Shown here piece after piece: positions 12,873 to 24,834 of a stretch of DNA of 64,000 nt (position 1 is the first letter of the stretch; each line of letters starts with the position of its first letter). The DNA lies in contig LSRY02000002.1 in assembly GCA_001643675.2 (NCBI GenBank), positions 1,488,001-1,552,000 of the forward strand, written 5' to 3'. The DNA is from Monocercomonoides exilis PA203 (taxonomy: Eukaryota; Protista; Preaxostyla). The position numbers and the translations under genes are program-made. The notes beneath the pieces were generated by a model. It was not told where the DNA came from and made no database searches. It worked only from the letters and a program-made list of their open reading frames with translations.

Positions 12873-15800
12873 ATGAATATCTCGAATATTTTCCGATTCT
12901 TATTTTTTCTAAGCATATTTATTCAAACAGAAAGGTGATATTTGCTTTTATAAAACTTTTTTATATCTTTTTGTTCTTAATTCTTTATTTTCTTTTAAAT
13001 TTTGGTAATTATCACTTTCAGAGCTTCTCATCAAAAATCCTATATTAAAAATCAAGATGTCCCCTCAGAGACTTGTAACATGGAATCTAATACCATTTAC
13101 AGCCCAATAAATTTATTAACCTGTTTAAATGGGTTTTCTGTTTGTGCATTTGTTTTTGACTTTTTTCGTAAAAAATGCTTTTATGAATTTTAATTAAAAG
13201 ATTGACGATACTGATGGGCTTATTGCTCTATCAAAAAAGTACCTCAGCGGATATGCTTATAGAGATAGAATGCTTAATCCACCTTCTCCTTTTGAAGGAT
13301 CTGCAGTTGATATTCTTGAAATACTTGATGCCATTGAGTCAACTGTATTTGAAAATGGATTCCAAAAGCATGTAGCCTTAACCAGAGCTTTCTTAACGTT
13401 GAATGATCCTCACACTTCATATGGGATTCCATGCTCAGATCAATTTTGTGTTGTGTGCCCTTATAATTTTTACATTGAATATGGTTCAAATGGCGCAGCA
13501 GCACGGGTTATTGCAGTGGAAGGCATTATTGAAGGATTATTAGACTTATGCATAAATGAAGGAATGGAAGATATTAGAGGAAGTGAAATAGTTGAAATAG
13601 CGTTGGACGGTGAGACATTCGACGGGAAAAGTGCAGTTGATACACTCGTTGAATGGGCTGTGGAAAATGTTGGTATTTCACGAACTCCTGCGCCGAGAGT
13701 GAGCTATACCTTGATGATGCAGTTTTCATACCGTACTGGAGGAGATATTGGTACTCTGCAAAGTGAATCCATAGCCGTAAGATTCAAAAATGAAAATGGC
13801 GATATCATGCAAATGAGCATTCCATTTCTGGCACTTGCATCTGGTTCGTTTACAGATGTCAATGCATTCTGCCCGAAAAGACCTTTAACAATTGCCAATG
13901 AAATAGCTAATCAGAATAAAGAAATAACAAGAAATCTTTTGGAAAGCGGGTTTGAAGAGGAATGTGTTTCTTCTTCTCATTCGTTCCAACGAAATGCGCA
14001 AAATAGGACTGAATCTCTAATGAAAGTAGTCAATGAAGAACATTATGAGAAAGATTCTAATCAGCATAACCAGAACTCGAAGCTTCAAAATGCTGAAGGA
14101 AATTCAACAATTGATTATATTAAAGAAAGATCACAAAAAATTAAGTTGTCTTTGAGAAATCAGCAAAAGAGATTTCAAAGAAGGATCAAAAAGGGGTGGA
14201 ATTCTCATTCTGAAGCGATTTTCAAAGAGAAAGTCACTTCATTTCTTTCATCAATTGAACCGTCCCCTGCAAATTCTTCTGATTCTGTGCAAAAATCACG
14301 AAATTCTGTTTCTAGTCCATTCCTGTTTCATCGCGAAACTGCAGCGCAACATAATGATTTTGAAGAAGATGACGATGAAATCCGACCACTGATCAAAGTT
14401 GATCCAAACAACTTGAAATTCTCGCCTCAGACGAAGCAAAAGTTTTCGATGCTTTTTTCATCAAAGCAAAGAGTTTTTGACAGAAAGCATTTCGATTCAA
14501 ATCATTCAAATTACAAACAACACACAGCTTCTTCTTCATCGCAACTGCAAATGGATAAGGCATCTCATATAAAGCGGACGCGACAGCAATACTCGCATCC
14601 ACAGATGGAAAATAAATTCATTCATTTTCAGCGAAGAATTAGAGATCTTCGTATTCCTGATGTTGTTGATGACCCAACAGACCCTGAATCGCTCTTCCAG
14701 CGAGGCAAACGTTCATACACATTTCAAATCCCTTTGGTGGATATTACACAAAATGACGATCCAATAGAAATGAGTGGTGATTCGTCAGGACTGAATTCTT
14801 TGCAGAACAAGAAAGAAAATGGAGAAAACAGTAATTCTACTCAAAATGATGATTTAAAGAGAATGCTTAGCTGGCTGAAAAAGATGATAAATCAAAAGAA
14901 TCAAAGTGTTTCTGAACCATCTGCCTCGTCAATCTTAAAGAATTACAACCAAAATACTTTTAAAAAGCATCTGAACTTCTCAGCAAAGAAATCATTTTCA
15001 ACAGATTCTCCTGTTTCTATCACTTCAATCATTGAGGTCGACACGCTTCAGGCATATTTCATCCCCTCTCTTTCAACCGGCGTGCTGGTTGTGTCCTCTT
15101 TCCTTCCAGAGTCAAACGACTTGTTCGCTTTGGCTGCTGTCTACGGGCTTCAGACATTCCTGGAAAAACAAGCAGAGTATCTGATTATTGATGTGAGAGG
15201 AAACACAGGAGGTGATGGAGATCTGAGCATCGGTCTGTTCCATTTGCTGTTTCCAGACGTCTACCCGTTCTTCCATACAAGCGACGTAGCCATTTCTGAG
15301 CTGAATGATGCGGCTGCCCCGCTGTTCTTTGACGGAGAGTATGCAAAGGCGACTAGCCCGGATTGGACGGAGGAAATTGAGGATTTTTATATGCAAAGAG
15401 TGAATAAGACAGAAACGATGCAGGAAGAACAGGAAAGTTCAAAACTTGACAATGTTGGAGGTGATACATTTTATGATAGAGAACAAAAAGATAAACGAAA
15501 AGTTAAATCTGCCATTTCACTAAACACTTCATCAACTCCTTCGCCTTCTATTCACATCAAATCTTCCTCTTCATCTTCCTCTTCATCGCCCGTATCTGCA
15601 ACGCTCTCGCGAACACGCGAATGGACAAAGCCATTTTCGCGCAATGCATTTGCGCTCGATCCATTTGAGCCTTTCTCGTCGCTTGCAGATTGGGCGAATC
15701 AGACATTGTTTGATCCGCAGCACACACTGCTGATTACCAATGGGTTGTGTGGCAGTGCTTGTGCGCAGTTCTCTAAGCATGTTCACATGGCACATACAGC

Positions 15801-17211
15801 TCGGATTGCGACAATTGGAATTGTTCCACAGATGGAAGTGTATGAAACGGAGGAAATTGGCAGAAAGAAAGAGAAAGGAGTTGAGCAAAAAGAAGATAGT
15901 GAAAAGAAGATTTATTCATCTTCATTATTTAATCGTAATGGCAAGTATTCTTTCTCTTGGCCTTCAAATGCATTCAAGCACCATCCCATTTCTGAGATGC
16001 GAACAAAATCAAAATCAAATTCAGTTCTTGCTGATTACTTTGGAGATGTCGATATCGCCTCGTTTGCTGGAGGCAACATCATTGAAAGCGACACCCTCTA
16101 CGAATGGATCATCAGCCCATCTGTTCCGCTTGATGGGTCAGCATTGCCGGCAATTCTGCCACCCAGAAAAGGGCAGTACTTCACTTATGCGCAGATGGAC
16201 TCGCTCAGCTGGGACTGGGCCGAACAGATGGAAGGAGTCTCAATGGAGTTCAGAGTGTGCCCAGCCGACTTTGTCGGAGCCTTTTCGGAGCAGATGATGG
16301 ACGAAGAGACTGAAAGGCGGCTACAGCTGTGTTGTGCGTGTGCTGGACTGTTGGATGTTCACGTGGCATGGGAAACGGAAATCATTGACGAAGAAGAAGT
16401 TGATGGAAATTTTGCTTCTGCGAAATCATGTGATGAAGAGAAAGAAGGGTATTTGATTGGAAATACAAAGGAATTAAAGAAAGAACTTGGATCTGAAGAA
16501 GCCAGAAAAGAAGAAGAAAATACTCGCTCAGTATCATCAGAATCCAATGAGGTCTATGGGCATCCATTTGACGTGATCAGCGAAGAATTCGATGAAAGCG
16601 CAACTGTCTTTGTTGGCTGCAAAAAAGGCTTCTATTTTTCTCCTCGCGGGGAATGTGAGCCAATCCCTGTTCATGAATTTCCGACTGTTGTTCCTCCGCT
16701 CATCGATCCTAAATCTGTTACGCCTCCTCCTCCGATTGGCCCTAAAAAGAATGCAACAGACAAGAACGAGACCAGAAGCAGGCCGACTTCGAGGGGACCT
16801 TCGCAGCCATTGTCGGTTGTGTCTAAAGTGTTGTTTATTTCTGTTCCAACAGCGTTCAGTTTTGCATTTGTGATTGTGTATTGTTATTGTTTGTGCTCAA
16901 AGAAAAAATCAAGAAACAAGAGAGTATCGCACAAACTTGTTGAAGATAATGAAGGAGGGAAAAGTGTGGAAATGGAAAATATAAATTCTGAATCTTCTGC
17001 AGAATTGGAAGTTCAGCGAAATAATGTTGACACACAATCAAGCAGTGACAGCGAAGAAAATGGAAGGAATGAAGTTAATGAAGAGCAGTCATCTAATTTG
17101 GTTGTATCGCAAGTGCATGTTCTTCATAAGCCTGGAGAGATGCTTAGCAATGACAGCTCAGCAGAAAATCAAATTGAGAGCGCGCTTCAGAATCATTCGA
17201 CTTCTCTTTGA
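12873..17211 (+). CDS. Peptidase S41 (CPAF/tail-specific protease-like), type I membrane protein, ~1396 aa; exons 12873-12934, 13022-13139, 13201-17211
   Basis: Signal-peptide exon MNISNIFRFLFFLSIFIQTER and phase-compatible GT-AG introns. Motifs LNDPHT, LIIDVRGNTGGDG, ITNGLCGSACAQF. Cys-rich module, Pro-rich stalk, TM helix VLFISVPTAFSFAFVIVYCYCLC followed by KKK. Confidence 0.85.
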
Positions 17212-17933
17212 TTTCCTTCGAATTTATTGGCTCTGAGAAAATGAATTGATCTTTCTTGTTCATAATGACTGAATATTGAGTTTGTTAATATTGTTTCTTT
17301 GTTGAAATCTATGATAGTTTTACATGTTAACGCAGTTTTCGTTTTTACTATGCTTTTTTCGTTATTTGCAATTTTAAAAACTCAAAATAAATAAGACAAA
17401 AAAATTCCTCTTTTTAAAACATAAAGGCAAAGCTTGTTCAACGGACCTCTCCTTTGGTCAAAAGCTTGTGCAAAAATTATAATGAAATAAAGAAGAACTG
17501 TTACAAAAAAACTTGTAAAAAAATTAATAAAAAATGCATTTAACCTCAAATAAGCAGAAAATCAGCCGAAATTTATATGTACAAACAGAAAATTTAAATG
17601 GATAATAAAAAATAATAATAATGGAATAATTATCGCATTTGGGAAATTTACCAAATACATCTGAATATCAACGGAAAACACTAAAATCATAAAAGAAAAA
17701 AAAAATATCAAATAAAGCAATTAACAACATTACAGAATTCAAATTCCTCAAATAAAACGTAAAAACATAATCAGTACAAAAAAACAAAAGGCCAGAAATC
17801 AATTCACAAAATGTCAAATTTTAGAAATTATGATTAAAATAATTTTACTCATGAATGCATAGCAAGCATTTCTATATTCCAATTTAATAATAAATAATAA
17901 CTCTTTGAATAAATGAATAAAAGTTGGTACTTC

Positions 17934-18734
17934 TCAAGCACAACCGCATTGATAAATTGCATAAAACATTTTTAAGAATTCGTCTGGGCAAATCATCAAG
18001 TCAAAACGAAGTTTAGCCAAAAATATAATTTCTGATTGATTGATAATTTCAAGTGGAATATCAAATAGATTTGCCCACCATTTATTTCGGAATGTAATAT
18101 CTCTATTCATCTTTATTGAAGTTATAAGCGAACACAGCAATATAGTTCCCATGTTTTCTTCTGTAACAATTGAAGGAAAAGTATTATCAACAGCATCAAT
18201 GTCTGATTGAATAAATCTCTCTAATAAAATCAATGAATGAACAATTTCTCCAATGGTTATAGGGGCTATGCGAGAAACAAAGAGCAAAAGGTGCTTTGCT
18301 TTGTCGCGAACAAGAACGCCAGATGAAGATAGAGATGAAAATTTTTCAGAAGTTTTTGATGACTCTTTTTTTGACGTTGTCAACAGATGTTGCAATGCTT
18401 TTGAAAATAGCAAACAAATGTCATTTGAAGCAGAAATGATAAATCTTGTTGATGGATATGCTTTTGAGCATTGCAACAATTCGTTTTCTTTTGATTGGAA
18501 ATTTTCGTTTTGAAATTCAAAAATTGGAGCGTGCTCATAAGTGCCATGAAGTCTTGTAGTTGTTTCTATACAGGTTGAATTTATTCTGTTAAAAAGAATT
18601 CACAAGAAATCATTAAATAATTAAATAAAATATGAAATAATATCAAACTTATCGCCAGGGCTCAAGCATTGAGAATCTTTAGTAATAAAAAGTTCGTTTG
18701 TTTCAGAACATTGACTTTCAGAAACAACTTCCAT
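17934..18734 (-). CDS. PHO80/P-U-type cyclin-like protein, ~245 aa; exons 18734-18649, 18585-17934
   Basis: Cyclin-N box pattern GEIVHSLILLERF..VTEENMGTILLCSLITSIKMNRD..FRNKWWANLFDIPLEIINQSEIIFLAKLRFDL. The upstream ATG exon joins through a gtttga..aacag intron. Confidence 0.8.
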
Positions 18735-19064
18735 TGAGGTTATCAACACAAATTCTGTTTTTTACTAATAATTCTTTAGATCAATTTTTGCAAAAAATAT
18801 TTTAAAATGAGTTTTCAAAATATGTGTATATTGTTAATTTTTTGAATTTTTCATAATTCATTTTTTGCTGATTTTATTTCCCAATAATTCGATAACTCTT
18901 TATTCAACATGAAAAGCCGTTTTTCATCATTTTTTGTGAAAAAATTTTTTCATTTCTAAAAATAGCGTTCTTTATAAGAAGACTTCTATTTTTATCCACA
19001 GAAATCTTTATAATTTTATTTAGTTTAATTCTTAAGCAATATTTAATTCAAACAGCACCAAATA

Positions 19065-19423
19065 CAGTTTGTGCAAAAAATACCGGACAAGATCGATTTC
19101 TCAATAACCACAAGTGGAATAATTCTGATAATTTTCCTCAAAATATGCCTCAATAATACAAACTCATTTGATATACAAAACTTTCAAAATAGCTTCATTT
19201 GTGCTCAGAAAAAATTATTTTTTAAAATTTCGGAGAAATAGGATTTTGAGTTTTTTTGAGATTTAAAAAATAATATTCTCTGAGCACAAATGAAGCTATT
19301 TAGAAAGTTTTGTATATCAAATGAGTTTGTATTATTGAGGTATATTTTGAAGAAAATTGTCAGAATTATTCCTCGTTTAGTTATTGTGATATTGATCTTG
19401 TCCGGTATTTTGTGCGATATCTG
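19065..19423. mobile_element. Palindromic MITE, copy 1 (Tc1/mariner-type ends)
   Basis: Imperfect inverted arms of ~170 bp surround a short spacer (AAATAGGATTTTGAGTTT). Ends are CAG...CTG flanked by TA on both sides (19063-64, 19424-25). Homologous to 44586-44982. No credible ORF. Confidence 0.8.
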
Positions 19424-19579
19424 TAGTTTTTGAGATCGCAATGTCAAAAATTATAAGTATTCCCTATTTCAACTTATTTTTTCAAAATCCCATTGAGAAG
19501 GAGATTTTGATCAAAACTCGAACGAAAGTCTGATTTCAAAAAGGATCAGCCATTTGTATAATCTGATTTTTTTCAAACC

Positions 19580-19581
<2 letters not shown>

Positions 19582-19612
<31 letters not shown>
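19582..19612 (+). repeat. Poly-T homopolymer (~31 nt)
   Basis: Uninterrupted T run about 170 bp upstream of the second S41 gene. Confidence 0.9.
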
Positions 19613-19613
<1 letters not shown>

Positions 19614-19785
19614 AGGTGTTGCTCTAAGCGAATATAACCTATTTGAATGTTTGTGTGAATCTATTATTTTGATTTCTTTGACATTTCAAAAATAATTTTC
19701 TCACTTCCATTTTTAAAAGCAATAATAGGTTTTGCTTTTATGTATTAAGGGTTGTTTCCAAAATTTTTTCTTGTAACATTTGAAA

Positions 19786-22323
19786 ATGTGTTTGATATAT
19801 TTTGTATTTTGCATCGGGATTTTATCAGCAGACGATGATTGCACATTCCAACGAGGTGAATTGTACGATAAGGATCGAATTATTAAATGCCTTCAGCATT
19901 TACCAGTTTGCATTTTTTTAAGAAAATAATTCATGTTTAATTTTAAAATATTTTTAATTCATTAACAGTACAAAAAAGGAGAAGGAGAAACTCTTGAAAC
20001 AATGAAGACGGTGCGAAGTTACATTGACAGCTATGCTTATCGTGACACAATGGTAAAACCTCCTGAGCCATTTACCAAATATGATATTCTTGCAAAATTA
20101 GATGAAATTGAAAATGCCGAATATGAAAATGGATTGGATTACCATCTTGCACTTGTGGATGCTTTTAATACTCTCGAAGATGCACATACAAATTACTATT
20201 TCCCATGCTCTGGTCTATTTGCCTTTATTTTCCCCTTCAGATTCATTTTTGAAGTTCCTGATCCTACAAAGCCAACAGAAATTGTGGTAAAAGTTGCAGA
20301 ATCTGTTATTGCGAATGCAACAAAAAAATTTATTGATGATGGTGGTATTGATATTACGGGAAAAGAAGTTATCAAGCTAAATCTTCCTGATTTGGATGGA
20401 TCTGCAGATGAAAGGCCTGAAGTTGCAATTGCAAAATGGGCAGATAAATATGTTAAGTTATCTAGAACTCCTGCTGCAAGATTAGGATTTGCACAAACAC
20501 AGGGATATTTTTATCAAAGATCATTGGCTTCAGCACCATTTCCAAAAGGAAATATAGGTGTTACCGTCAACACTGAAGAAGGGGAAAAGGTGATTGATAT
20601 TCCATTTTATGGATTGTCAAATGCAGATATTACAGATGTTAATGATATGCTGAACACAAAATGCCCTCTTCAGGATAAAATGCAAAGCAACAATATGACT
20701 GAACAAACAAATGGTGAGCAGTCACTTTTTGAGGAAGACGAGAAACACTTCCAGTCAGTGATGAATGCGCATAAGGACGATCCACTGTTCCAGCAAATAT
20801 ATGAAGTCATCTGGAGATCACCTGAGCTGAAGAAAGCTCTCAGTAAAAAGCCGGGAAATATTCCTCCAAACGAAAGATTGAGGCATCCAATTGAGAAAGA
20901 AATATATGATCGAGTTGATGAAATTATTTCAATGCAATTTGCCTCAAGAAGTAATATTAGTAAAAATGATAATAAAAAACTTACGTTCAAAGAAAAAGTT
21001 GACGAAAAAATCAGAAAGATGAAGAAAAACGGTGAATCTTATATCAATTTGCATTACTCAAATGACGAAAAGCCTCAACTGAAAGTGATAAGAAAAGCTC
21101 CACATGTTCTTGCTGGAGTTATTGATGAATACAAACTTGGTTATCTTTTCGTTGGGACATTTGCACCCGACACGGACGAGGATATGGTTTCGTTTGTGGA
21201 GACTATCATTGAAGGAATCACATACACAAAGGAGCAAGGATACAAGCTTGTTGTAGACCTGCGCACAAACGGTGGTGGGATGATCCTTCTGTCTGATTGG
21301 CTGTTCACATTCCTTTTCCCAGAAGAATATCCAGTCTTTCCAACTCGTTCGGTTGTTGCTTCGGAACTGGCAAAAGCTTACCTAAAAGCCTCATCTGCAC
21401 CTCCGACACAATTTATCACTGAGCCTACCTCACAAAAAATAATCGAAGATGTGTGGACATTGCCAAAAACAAAAGTAACAGTGATAGGTGATGATGGAAA
21501 GGAGCGTTCACAAGATTGGGTTCACAGATATGTTGCAGACACAGGGCGGCTTGTGCAAATGCTCATCCAGCAAGCCCCGTTGCAGTACAGAAATGTGAGA
21601 ATGTTTGCTCCGAGTGACATTTTGTTTCTGACTGACGGAACATGCGGATCAGCGTGCTCGCAGTTCTTGAAACGGATGAAGGAGAAGAAACTTGGTAAAG
21701 TTGTGGGACTTGGTGGAATTCTTTCAGATAGCACAATTCCCTTTGATATTGGATCGTTCAACTGCGGAAATGTGGTAGACACTGCGTATGTCGAACAATA
21801 TCGACCGAAAAGTGGAACTATGAGCGGGACAACAATGTTTAATAACTTGACGAATGATGATGTGTTTCCTTATCCTGGAAAAGTGCCTCGTGCATCGACG
21901 AACATCAGAATTTCCCTTTCAACAGCGTACAGCTTTGACTGGAACACTCCTGATGAAGAGCCTGAATTCAAAATTGTTCAGCCTGATGAAATTTTCCCAA
22001 TTTATGCTGATCAGATTAACGGCTTCAATCCTGAAGGTGTTGTTGATGCTATCACGCAAGTCAAAACCACGTTTGAAAAGTGCTATGACTGGGAAGTCAA
22101 AGACAACTACGCTTGTCAGATCCCAGTCAATAATAAACATGCTGTTTATGGAAATCCCTGCGTTGGAGGGAAATTCGATAAGGATCAGTGCAAATTATCT
22201 CGATGCGAACGCGGATATTATTTGAACAAAAATGGAATGTGCGAAAAGAGTCCAAATATGGGTCCTGCAAAATATGACGAGGATCCTGATGTGTGTTCTT
22301 TCCCTGCAGTAGTTCCAGGGTGA
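19786..22323 (+). CDS. Peptidase S41 module 1 of a tandem gene (signal peptide, no TM), ~824 aa up to the TGA; exons 19786-19905, 19969-22323
   Basis: Signal exon MCLIYFVFCIGILSADDDC and a gtttgc..aacag intron at the same position as the intron in the 12873 paralog. Motifs LEDAHT, VVDLRTNGGG, LTDGTCGSACSQF. Confidence 0.85.
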
Positions 22324-24834
22324 GCCGATCGATTTGTTGATTGCTTGAAGCAGCTTCCATACGACAAGAACGAAGCAGCAAAGACATTGAAGACTATCAG
22401 AGATTTCATGTCAGTCTATGCATTTAGAGATACAACAGCAAATCCGCCAAAACCGTTTGAAAACGATAAAGTTGATATTCTTGCAGAGTTGGATAAAATC
22501 GAACAGGATGATTACAAATCTGGACTTGATTTCCACAATGCAATTGGAAAGGCGTTTGCCAAACTGAGAGATGCACACACCATTTACAATTTCCCTTGTT
22601 CTCAGCCGTTTGTATTTGCTTTGCCGTACACATTCAAATTTGAGGTTCCAGATCCATCGAAGCCAGAAGAAATAACAGTGAAGTTAGACGACTTTTTAGC
22701 TCCAGTCACAAAATATTATGTGAATGATATCGGAAGGGACTTCAAAGGTAGCGTTGTGACAAAGATAACAATGAATGATTTGAATGAAGTTGAGAATGAG
22801 AAGCCTGAAGTGACAATTGCCCGTTGGTGCGATGAAAACATTGCATTTTCTCGTACCCCAGCTGCCCGGTTGAATTACGGATTAGACCAAATGTTCGTTA
22901 TGCGTTCACCTACATACAATAAAATTGTTGACGGAAGTGTGAATGTTACACTGAAAACAGAGGATGGCGGAACAGAGACAATTCCTTTGTATTGGTACGG
23001 ATTAGCTACTTCAGAGATTACTGCATCCAACATATTGTATGATGAATTCTGCAAAGCGGACAATTTGGCATCAAATGATAATAGAAAATCGAAAATGGCA
23101 AATGAAAAAGAGAATCAGCAACTGCAAAAGTTGATTCAATCAACAAAGATGCCTCAAGAAAAACTGATTGAAGAATACAAATCTTTGCTTCAGATGAACA
23201 CAGATCAACTGAAGAAACAGGACGACTTAAAAATTCAGAAAATAAGAGAAAAATACGCAAACAACACTCAATTTGTGAAGGCTTTTGAGAAGTTTATGGA
23301 AAACAAGCCTCTTCGCGAGATGATTGCAAAGGATCGTATTTTGAATCAACCATTGGAAAGCATTCTTCCGCCGGCTGTGCAGACATTACTGAAAATGATT
23401 AAAGAAGAAAATCAAAAGCTTGCAACAGAAGCAAAAACAAAGAAATCACATTCTGAGAATGCGGTTGAGGTCAAAGAAATAGGCGATGTTCCAGGTATTA
23501 TTCATGGAGTTGTTATTCCTGAATGGAAGATCGGATACTGCCACATAAAGACCTTTGCTCCTGAACCAGAAGAAAATATTGTGAAATTTTTCGAGATTAT
23601 CGCAAAAGTTGTGAAAGAAGTTAAAGACAACAACTACAAGATGGTGTTTGATGTGAGAACAAATGGAGGAGGGCTAATCTTTCTCGGAGCGCAGCTGTAT
23701 CATTTCTTGTTCCCAGAACAATATCCCATCAATCCTCGCTACAACTATATTCGATCGAATATGACAGATAGTATTTCATCTGTGATGACAGACGGAAAAA
23801 AAATGCTATTTACGGATTATGAAACAATGGACTTTATCGAAGATGTTACGAAATTACCAACTATCGAGAAGAAGACTATTATTGGAGGTCAAGAGCGCAC
23901 TCAAATTTGGAGTGGCATGTTTTCTATCAATTCTGACAGAATGCTTTATGAATATATTGGGACAATAATTCCTTCCTCGTTGTATGGCAAGAATCTGTTT
24001 GATCCAAACGATTTGATATTCATCACAGATGGCGAATGCGGTTCAACATGTTCTCAATTCTTGAAGCATGTGAAGGAGTCTAATATGGCTAAAGTTGTTG
24101 GTGTTGGAGGCCAGTTGACACACAAAGAAGTTGATTATGATATCGCTTCATTTGCTGCTGGAAATGTTATATCTTCAAAAGTTGTTGATGAGCAACGAGA
24201 GGAAGTCAAATCGGTTGAAGGATGGCCTTCAAAGTTCTCTCGCCAGAATACGGAGTTGACTTTTGCAATGATGACGAGTTATTCCTTTGACTGGAAGACT
24301 CCAGATGAGCAACTTGAATACAAGATCGTGAAGCCCGATGTTGTGTATCCTTACTATCCAAATTCTGAGGAGAAGCGAAATGCTGACGGATATCTGAATC
24401 TTCTGGAGAATGTGAAGAAATATTTCGACGTGTGCTATGATTGGCAAGTTAAAGTGAATGAATCTTGTGCTGTTCCTGACACAGAAGAAAATGCAGTTTA
24501 TGGCAATCCGTGCAAAGAAGGGAAGTTTACAAGTGAGTGTGTGTTTGCTCGCTGTGCAAATGGATATTACAAAAACAGAGAAGACAAATGTGTGAAGTAT
24601 CCTGTGATGCCTCCACTGAAGAAAGAAGAAGAAAAGCCCCCAAAGAAGCTGTCCGGAGGAGCAATTGCAGGTATTGTTATTGGTTCTGTGGCTGTTGTAG
24701 GAGCATTAGTTGCAGTCGTTGTTGTTTGTGTTGTTGTACAAAAGAAAAAGAAAACAAAGAAACCGGAGTATATCAATGTGAAGTCGGCTGATGGATCTAA
24801 TTACGGCACAGATGGGATTCCAGTGAAAATTTAA
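22324..24834 (+). CDS. Peptidase S41 module 2 with C-terminal TM anchor; in-frame continuation after a single TGA
   Basis: Same frame as module 1. Motifs LRDAHT, VFDVRTNGGG, ITDGECGSTCSQF. TM LSGGAIAGIVIGSVAVVGALVAVVVVCVVV followed by KKKK and a YINV-containing tail. It has no signal peptide or upstream spacer of its own. Confidence 0.8.
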   Translation, partial: ADRFVDCLKQLPYDKNEAAKTLKTIRDFMSVYAFRDTTANPPKPFENDKVDILAELDKIEQDDYKSGLDFHNAIGKAFAKLRDAHTIYNFPCSQPFVFALPYTFKFEVPDPSKPEEITVKLDDFLAPVTKYYVNDIGRDFKGSVVTKITMNDLNEVENEKPEVTIARWCDENIAFSRTPAARLNYGLDQMFVMRSPTYNKIVDGSVNVTLKTEDGGTETIPLYWYGLATSEITASNILYDEFCKADNLASNDNRKSKMANEKENQQLQKLIQSTKMPQEKLIEEYKSLLQMNTDQLKKQDDLKIQKIREKYANNTQFVKAFEKFMENKPLREMIAKDRILNQPLESILPPAVQTLLKMIKEENQKLATEAKTKKSHSENAVEVKEIGDVPGIIHGVVIPEWKIGYCHIKTFAPEPEENIVKFFEIIAKVVKEVKDNNYKMVFDVRTNGGGLIFLGAQLYHFLFPEQYPINPRYNYIRSNMTDSISSVMTDGKKMLFTDYETMDFIEDVTKLPTIEKKTIIGGQERTQIWSGMFSINSDRMLYEYIGTIIPSSLYGKNLFDPNDLIFITDGECGSTCSQFLKHVKESNMAKVVGVGGQLTHKEVDYDIASFAAGNVISSKVVDEQREEVKSVEGWPSKFSRQNTELTFAMMTSYSFDWKTPDEQLEYKIVKPDVVYPYYPNSEEKRNADGYLNLLENVKKYFDVCYDWQVKVNESCAVPDTEENAVYGNPCKEGKFTSECVFARCANGYYKNREDKCVKYPVMPPLKKEEEKPPKKLSGGAIAGIVIGSVAVVGALVAVVVVCVVVQKKKKTKKPEYINVKSADGSNYGTDGIPVKI

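Noticed and set aside
19205-19447. 80-aa minus-strand ORF
   Set aside because: It lies inside the palindromic MITE and has no coding features.
22320-22353. GTGAG donor at 22320 as the intron removing the TGA
   Set aside because: The nearest acceptors (22350, 22353) give 31- or 34-nt frameshifting introns. The first in-frame AG (22400) would delete conserved coding sequence.
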